Assembly (NCBI GenBank): GCA_951406725.2
Contig: OX597822.1
Coordinates: forward strand, 108,562,001 to 108,626,000
Length of the DNA stretch: 64,000 nt
Reading direction: 5' to 3'
From: Octopus vulgaris
Lineage: Eukaryota
Below, in pieces: positions 56,221 to 64,000 of the stretch (its first letter is position 1; each line of letters begins with the position of its first letter). Both the position numbers and the translations under genes were made by a program. Under the pieces are notes generated by a model. It was not told where the DNA came from. It was given only the letters and a program-made list of their open reading frames with translations, and did not search any database.

Positions 56221-56586
56221 CCATTCCGTTATTGATCGTTGATATGTTCGCGTCAATTTCTGGATATTGACGATATCAGGACTTTCACCCAAATGGATTT
56301 ACACCGGATTATACCTAAAGGATTATGGACTTGCCTCTACATGATCGGAAAGTTGAACTGCGAACCTGTATACTTCTTTTTTCTTCTCTTCATCTCCTTA
56401 TTCATTTCCTCCTTTCATCTTTGTCATCGTTTCATTAATGGATACGCTTCATATTTTCCATATTTGTCTTCGATGACAGAATATCCGATCTGTTAGAATT
56501 TGAATTTTTCCCAATAATAATAATAATGTATACGACTTCAGATGTTTCTCTTTCCTTAACCATTACTGTCCTGTTTAAAATATGTA

Positions 56587-56670
<84 letters not shown>

Positions 56671-56673
<3 letters not shown>

Positions 56674-56947
56674 TCAATAAATTGTGGGTTGTGTTGACCG
56701 CACGTGGAGAAAAGATAAGTAAGGAAAAATTTTTTTTTAAATGCAGAATTCTCAAATGAAGGAAAATTTTAATAAAATGAGAAATTGATAAAATATATAA
56801 ATATATATGTATTCAACCGGTTTTCGTCATTGTATGACTTGTCAAGAATATTTATGTTTAAAAAAGTTTTTTTAAAAATTAGAAAGGGGAAAAAAAGAAA
56901 ATTGCATTGTTTTTGCATTCTGCATTTTAAAAAAAAATGTTCCTTAC

Positions 56948-56950
<3 letters not shown>
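56671..56950 (-). mobile_element. Inverted PLE pLTR (same family as 3944-4206)
   Basis: Reverse complement of 4040-4206. Minus strand carries ttcTTGACAA-gtca-tacaa-tgac-GAAAACCGGTT-gaa. Partial fold-back 56714-56752 vs 56916-56950. Confidence 0.75.
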
Positions 56951-56979
<29 letters not shown>

Positions 56980-57049
56980 ATTTTACTAGAGCTAGAGGTT
57001 TTAATAACCGTCAAAGGGTTAAAATATCCGTTCTACTATCGCTATAATT

Positions 57050-57580
57050 ATCTATGTTAAGAATAATAACAATAACACAATAGTAATATTAAAAATAACG
57101 ACCACCATAAGAACCCTATCAATCATTATACACCTAACATCAACCCACTAGTAAGTAATTCCCCCTTATATCACAAACTATGCGACTTCAGAAATAAAAA
57201 TAATTGCGCCCTCGGTATTACTTGTAGAAGAAAAGATGTTATTTATGAGTGCACTGTCACAACACTATTTAGTAAAATGATATATATGGGAGATTAGCCG
57301 AACACCAACACAATTTCAGAAATACAAATGCGATCAACTCGACCGGATTAGATAAATATATTTGGGAGTTTAAAGATAAAGGTATTAGATTTGTTTTCGA
57401 ATGGAAATTTCTGACCTCCACACCTTTGTACAACATAAATAATAAGAAATAGATTTTGTGCATCAGTTAGAAATTTTTCATACTAGAGGCTCGTCGCCCA
57501 TTACTTCACTTGAAGGAAGAGAGCCATATTAGCTTGTCTGCATAAAGGTAAGTTTACCTTCTGTAAATATAAATAGTATT
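57050..57580 (+). pseudogene. Penelope-like GIY-YIG endonuclease remnant (Naiad/Chlamys-like pattern)
   Basis: LCDFRNKNNCALGITC..KDVIYECTV....IYMG / RLAEHQHNFRN....STGLDKYIWEFKD....FEWKFL....YN....LC..*K..I...CLHK. Confidence 0.8.
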
Positions 57581-57760
57581 AGGGACCCTGTTACATCATC
57601 CTTATATATGCACCCAGAGCTCTTCACCATGGAAATAGTAATTCGATGCTAAAAGATGGCATGCATTAACTGCCAAGTAAAGCTAGTTTAATTAGTAATG
57701 CAAAATTACGTCCCTTATAGGTAATCTAGCATTAATATCCGTCCACCAATATATCCGATC

Positions 57761-57774
57761 CACTGACCTGAATA

Positions 57775-57870
<96 letters not shown>

Positions 57871-57875
57871 TGATG

Positions 57876-57930
<55 letters not shown>

Positions 57931-57934
57931 TAAT

Positions 57935-57984
<50 letters not shown>

Positions 57985-58155
57985 TAATAATAATAATAAT
58001 AATAACATCGAAAAATTCCCTAGACATCTGATGAAGGCTGGAGGGTATAACAGCCGAAACGGGTTAACAACAAACAAGATGACGAGAAATATTCGTCAAA
58101 TGTAAATAAAGTAAATAATGTACATAATTCGTCATCTCTTGAATATAGAACTGTA
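57761..58155 (+). mobile_element. SINE family D, 5'-truncated, with expanded (AAT)n
   Basis: cactgacctg(aat)n-aacatcgaaaaat..., then the hammerhead core and the same tail as 48735 and 51254, ending aatatagaactgta. Confidence 0.85.
58022..58066 (+). ncRNA. Type-I hammerhead ribozyme core
   Basis: CTGATGAA-GGCTG-gagggtataa-CAGCC-GAAAC: canonical CUGAUGA and GAAA boxes with a 5-bp stem II. The cleavage-site region of this copy is partly deleted. Confidence 0.8.
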
Positions 58156-58624
58156 TTATTCTGATTACTTCAAAACGTTATGGAACTCTCACTCCCTCTT
58201 TGTTTAAACATATTGGCGTATCACGTTATAGAATTTATTTTCTGTTACTCATTTTTACTATTGAATTACTTCTACATCCTGTTGTTCCCATAGAAAAATT
58301 AAACCACCAATTAATATTTTAAGCTTAGTCATTTACTCAAAGTCCCGAAGAGAGACAAAAGCAAAATGGTATGATTTAAAAATTTTAAGCCTTCCATCTT
58401 TTTCTCTGGGGTCTTCTTCATTGCTTTTCTTTTCTTTTATGTATGTTTTCATTATGATGAAACTTCATGTTCCGGTTCGGATGTGTTACCAAATATTATG
58501 AATATTATTTTCAAAATATTCAATAGCATAACACTCGAAGCAGAAACAGCTGTTTCAGTGGAATTATACTGGAAGCAGAAACCACTATTAAAAAAAACCT
58601 TCTGTTTACTGTGTATATCAATAA

Positions 58625-58835
58625 AGTTAATCCAAACAAGAAAACACAAAAAGACACAGCAACGCAAGGACGTGGAACAAATAAAGTATTATTGGACGCT
58701 CAAGAAAGAAGGGAAGAAGGAGGGTTTAACGTTTCGAGCAGAGCTCTTCGTCGGAAACAAAGGAGAAGGAAAGATCTCGAGAAGGGAAGACAGAGGAAAA
58801 AAAATTGCTGGCGGTTCTCACGAGGTCACATGTTG
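58625..58835 (-). mobile_element. PLE-type pLTR fragment with hammerhead motif (58724-58758)
   Basis: Minus: GTTT-CCGACGAA-gagc-tct-gctc-GAAAC-GTT-AAAC; homologous to 39437-39625. Confidence 0.8.
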
Positions 58836-59126
58836 AAATATATATATATATATATACATATATATTACATGTATAAATCGATATATATACATTTTCGCAT
58901 ATAGCCATGCGTATAGGGACATGTCCAGACATTTACATATATATGAACCTGTAAACATCAATGCGCGCATGCATATAAACATGTATACATTATGTACTCA
59001 TGCACGACGGTAAGCAGTTTCACGATTCCCTGTGATTTCCAGATCCAATGCCAGGAATGTTACGGTTGAGGTGTTTCTATACGAAATAACAAAGCTGAGT
59101 TAATTCATCTATGATCTTCCATTTCA

Positions 59127-59208
<82 letters not shown>

Positions 59209-59294
59209 CCTATCTATCTATCTATCTACCTATCTATCTATCTATCTAGCTATCTATTTGACTGTCTGTCTGTCTGTATAGCTATCTATCTATC

Positions 59295-59350
<56 letters not shown>

Positions 59351-59354
<4 letters not shown>

Positions 59355-60308
59355 TGGAAGGAAGGTACGATGACGAGCTCCGGGCGAACCTGGACGTCGA
59401 CAAGGAATAACTGACCCGCCTGTTCAGGAAGACTTTCGAGACAGGGTCCATGGAAAACTTCCGGAGATCTCTGGCCTGGCAGTGCTACCGAGAAGAGATA
59501 CCCATTCGGGATAAGCTCTACAGACACGGCTTGAGAAACACGGGGCGGACCTGCGCGAGATGCGGTCAGAGCGATGAAACCGTTCTGCACTGACTCGTGC
59601 AGTTTCCAACAATTTCCGACCTGTGGGCTTATGTCGAACAACTGCTGTCACGTGTGGGACGAGTCGGTTTATCAGCCGATTCTATCGCCAATATTGTCAT
59701 GTCTCCTCCCTTCAAACGGGAAGGAAGAGCTATTTTCATCATCCTTGTGGCTATGGCGAAAGAATGTATCTGTTGGACGCGTCTGAAAGGATTGTAGACA
59801 AACACTTTTCTCACTGGTCAATCTCTCATCAACTTTTTCAAATATCACTTGAAAAGGAAAGTGAGAGTAGAGAGGCAAGTTTTGTTTAGCGAATGTTTAA
59901 AAAAAAAGATGGGTGAATGTAGCAAAGATGACACGTATGAATGATGAAGCCACCTTGAGCATAATCCTATGAACCCGGAAATTTAAAACAGAGGGTTACC
60001 TACTTGCAAAGAAATGTGTTAACATGTAACATCATTGACCGAGGTTACCGTGGTCTTTTCCGTTGGTTTTTCTTCCCATGGATAAACCTTATCTGCTTCC
60101 CCTTTTACACTTTATACGATGGCACTGTGATACCTGATCCCTATCGATCGTTTTTTCCTCTCTGTTCCTTTTTTTTCTTCTTTCTCTTTTACGATCCCTT
60201 TTGATCGAAAACCTAACCCACATTTTTTTTCTCTCCCCCAAAATGAAAAGCTCTACTTTGTAATCTGTCCCGTCTGTGTGCAGCCCTGTGTGGCTAATAA
60301 ATAAACAT
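59351..60308 (+). mobile_element. Tx1/L1-clade LINE, 3' fragment inserted in (TA)n
   Basis: SLAWQCYREEIPIRDKLYRHG..TCARCGQSDETVLH*LVQ...LW (zf-RVT-like C-terminus), AMAKECICWTR, a 3' UTR, and (TA)n on both sides. Confidence 0.85.
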
Positions 60309-60310
60309 CT

Positions 60311-60435
<125 letters not shown>

Positions 60436-60520
60436 TGCATGTTTATATGTATGTTTATATATATATATATATGTATATATGTGTGTGTATGTGTGTGTGC
60501 ATATATGTATGTATATGTAT

Positions 60521-60929
60521 ATTTTACTCTTTTACTCTTATATGTTCCAGTCATTTTGCTGAGGCCATGCTGGATCACCGCCTTTAGGCGAGGAAATCGA
60601 TCCCAGGATATATTTTTTTTAAGCTAAATATTTATTCTATCGTGTCTTTTGACGAACCGCTAATTACGGGGACGTAAACACACCAGCATCGGTTGTGAAG
60701 CGATGTTGAGCGAGACAAACACAGAATGAGAAACACACACATATATATAAATACATATACAAATATACGACAGCCTTCTTTCAGTTTCCGTCTACCAGAT
60801 CCACTCGCAAGGTTTTGATTGGCGCGATCCTATAGTAGAAGACACATCCACAAGGTGCCACGAGTGGTACTGAACACAGAACCATGTTATTGGTAAGCAA
60901 GCTACTTACCACACAGCCACTCCTGCGCT
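60521..60929 (-). mobile_element. SINE family A (diverged)
   Basis: Reverse complement of the family A consensus. Confidence 0.88.
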
Positions 60930-60985
<56 letters not shown>

Positions 60986-60989
<4 letters not shown>

Positions 60990-61646
60990 AGTTTCAGTCC
61001 ACCGACTGCGGCCATGCTCGGGCACTGCCATTTACTTTGATACTCTATCACTAAGCTTCCTCTGATGAGTGAAAATTAGTGAATGAGGGAACTTGACGTT
61101 GCTTGTCCTCATCTGTCTTTCTTGCCTTCAGGTAGGTTCATCCGGAGCTCTTTACAGCAGGAAATCCAAATTTGTTTTGAAAATGTCTATATCCACGCAT
61201 GCAGGTCTATCAGGCTTTGTGGACGATATTGAAAACTGTGGGGCTTTGAAACCGAAGGAGTATTTGGTTCTGTATCCCGATGGTAATGTTGGGATTTTTG
61301 TTACTATGCAGTGGAGCCCCGTCCCGTTGTTTATGTAACTGATAATGTCAAAGTTAGATACAAGTTTCTCTGGTATTTTCCACATGTATATTATTGCTTT
61401 GTCTCCAGGGAGCAGGGTCTTAACTCTTTCACTACTTCCCAGAAGATGATATGTAGCATTGTGCAGATTTTCTACGTATAGCAGTGCTGCATCGCCTTCA
61501 GTTCCATCAGCAATTTTACGCTCTTTGGTGACCAAAGTTAGGCGCAGTAATCCAGACGGCAAAGAACGAATGTCTTCCAGAGGACCATCATGGTTTCTTT
61601 TTCTCTGGTTTTGAAAGTTCGATGGGTCCATCCGCGCAAGCACCTG
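60986..61646 (-). mobile_element. CR1-group LINE 3' fragment (frameshifted ORF2 end + 3' UTR)
   Basis: Alternative minus frame [35 protein letters not shown], then IIYMWKI..LVSNF...GFKAPQ...[20 protein letters not shown]. 3' stem-loop tail present. Confidence 0.85.
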
Positions 61647-61715
61647 CATGTTATAAATACATATGCATATGTATGCATATATGTATGTATTTATGTATGT
61701 ATACAGGTATCTCTC

Positions 61716-61766
<51 letters not shown>

Positions 61767-61795
61767 CAACACGCACACACATACATATATATACG

Positions 61796-61843
<48 letters not shown>

Positions 61844-61906
61844 TACATACATAGATACGTACACACACGTATATATATATATATATATACACATGTACAT
61901 ATATAC

Positions 61907-61975
<69 letters not shown>

Positions 61976-62789
61976 GAGAGAGAGAGAGAGAGAGATGTGT
62001 GCATATATATTTATTTACTTGAACAGTTATATAAAAGAGAGCATCATCAGTAACTAGATCTTAATAGAAAGTTCCAGGGCTTCAATGTGTCACGTCACTA
62101 TATAATGTAACGTTACATTATATAAGTTAATATTTTGAACTGTATGCCACCAAAGTACAGTCTACCTATTCAGTTTAAAAGAGGTGTAACTTTTAAAGCA
62201 AATATGAAAACGATAGTACAGAGAAGCATATGACATCCAAGTGAATCTAATTAAGAAATGCTTTTGATATATGTTCTAAAAATTGACAACAATACCAAGA
62301 GCAAGAAAATGAAATGTGTCACAGAGTTCATCACGTATTTAATATCTTTTCCTGTTTCTTCACACAAATTCACTATTAATTAATGAATGTTAGAATAATG
62401 CCAAACAAATTCAAATGTCTTACACTGACAGACTAACGTTGGGTATTATGAAGAAGAAAAAAAACGTTTTTTCAGATAGAAGATACATGAAGTGGGAAAA
62501 TAGAATTATTTTCAAATTCGTGATATGAACACGATGTTAAAATACCTGCGTAAAGCCAATTTGAAGACATATTTTACAATTTGATCAACAACGAACAATA
62601 TAATGAGTCCTGAAATCATATTCTATTTGAAGAACTCTATCACTGGAAATCTAGGTTACTGGTTTGAAGAGGATACAATTACTGGATGTTGATATAAATG
62701 CCAGGCAATATACATACATATATGTGCGTATGTATATATGTATGTATGCGTGTACATATATACATACACACATATATATATGCATACAT

Positions 62790-63250
62790 ATGTACTACTC
62801 TCTCCAGCGTCGCCGTGAGCGGTACATCATTTGTAAGATGTGGAGAATATACCACCAACTTTGCCCAAACGACCTGAACATTAGCTCCAAGGTTCATCCA
62901 AGACTGGGAACACGGGCCATACGTCCCCTGCCCAATTCAAGATCACAGCATACACGTACACTGCAACATAATTTCTTTTCCTCAACAGGCCCTGCCCTAT
63001 TTAGAATTGTCCCGATAGAGATCAAAGAGGGAAAGGATCCCATCAACTTTAAAGGGGGTCTGGATAGATTCCTTCAAGGAATACCAGATAAGCCCCCCAT
63101 TATTGGATACAACTCACCCAACAAAAACTCACTACTTGAATGGACCATAAACAAAACTTGACTTAAACAGGATTCAGATAATCCTATCAGGTGGTGCTAT
63201 TAAGTTAGACATGGCCTGGACCAATCTTTGGTCGAAACATATCTAAGTTT
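62790..63250 (+). mobile_element. Second CR1-group LINE 3' fragment
   Basis: YSLQRRRERYIICKMWRI...GPALF..P....FK..LDRFLQGIPDKP...NSL; tail ggtggtgc..catggcc..gacc-aatcttt-ggtc-gaaac. Confidence 0.85.
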
Positions 63251-63302
63251 ATATATATATATATATATATACATAAAAGCACACACACACACACGCAGCC
63301 CC

Positions 63303-63348
<46 letters not shown>

Positions 63349-64000
63349 TGTCTATACATGTTATACATCTGTACGCAGGCATGTATAAATACACAGTAGG
63401 TGTATATTAATCCATCAAGTGTCAATACACATCATCGTCATAGTAATAGCCGGGTCTTGTTCTTGTAAGAAGAAATCTCATTGATGGAGCTGAGAATCAG
63501 ATGTCAAGGTGGGAAGATTATTACTACACATCTAAGGTTGTAGATTGACGAGAGAGAGATGTGGGAAGAGAGGGAAATGGAGGGTCATAGATTTGGAGAA
63601 AGAAACAATTGGCATTTAACACTGTAGGATGCAGGCAGGATAGACATGCAGGTAAGGAGACAGTGAAATACTCCTAAGGAGGTGAAGTACATATCGAACG
63701 ATTGAAATTTCTTTGAAAGGGTAAATTTAAAAATGGAAGCTTCCTCTCGATTTACGGAGAAATCCGGGAAAGCTTTAAAGATTGAATGAATAATAATTTG
63801 TATTTTAAAAGTAGAGTGGTAGGAGAAGAATCTAGACCCGAAAAAAATGAATAAGACAATGGTGAAGGGAAGGAACAAACCGCGCCATTTTTGATTTGTT
63901 CAAGACTTGTAGCAATACACATGCAAGCATCGTGCATTCTTATAGGCATACTTATATACGTGCGTGTGCTAATATATGTGTATGTGTTATAACAGTGTTT

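Noticed and set aside
61152-61892. 246-aa minus ORF that looks like a novel protein exon with an AG acceptor at 61644
   Set aside because: It is a frameshift chimera of a decayed CR1-group LINE. The true frame of the first half reads [26 protein letters not shown], the second half is the LINE C-terminus, and the N-terminus is microsatellite.
63420-63950. 97-aa minus ORF
   Set aside because: No diagnostic motif; probably old TE debris that I cannot classify.

Overview
This is AT-rich, microsatellite-dense eukaryotic non-coding DNA. The SINE families and the density of (TA)n/(TATC)n/(TAA)n point to a coleoid cephalopod, most likely Octopus (inference). I find no supportable host protein-coding exon: almost all ORFs in the track are microsatellite read-throughs or decayed transposon frames. 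The window holds four tRNA-headed SINE families (here A-D), pieces of R4/Dong-like, Tx1/L1-like and CR1-group LINEs, two Penelope-like (PLE) coding remnants, mariner and Tc1 transposase pseudogenes and Helitron-like non-autonomous elements. The most notable signals are three. (1) A tRNA-head/(AAT)n/hammerhead-ribozyme SINE (family D) with Penelope-like tail behaviour. (2) About a dozen type-I hammerhead-like motifs in several families, often inside long fold-back structures in (TA)n. (3) Two SINE-LINE 3'-tail matches visible within the window: family A with a CR1-group LINE and family C with a Tx1-like LINE. Boundaries are approximate and were read by eye.
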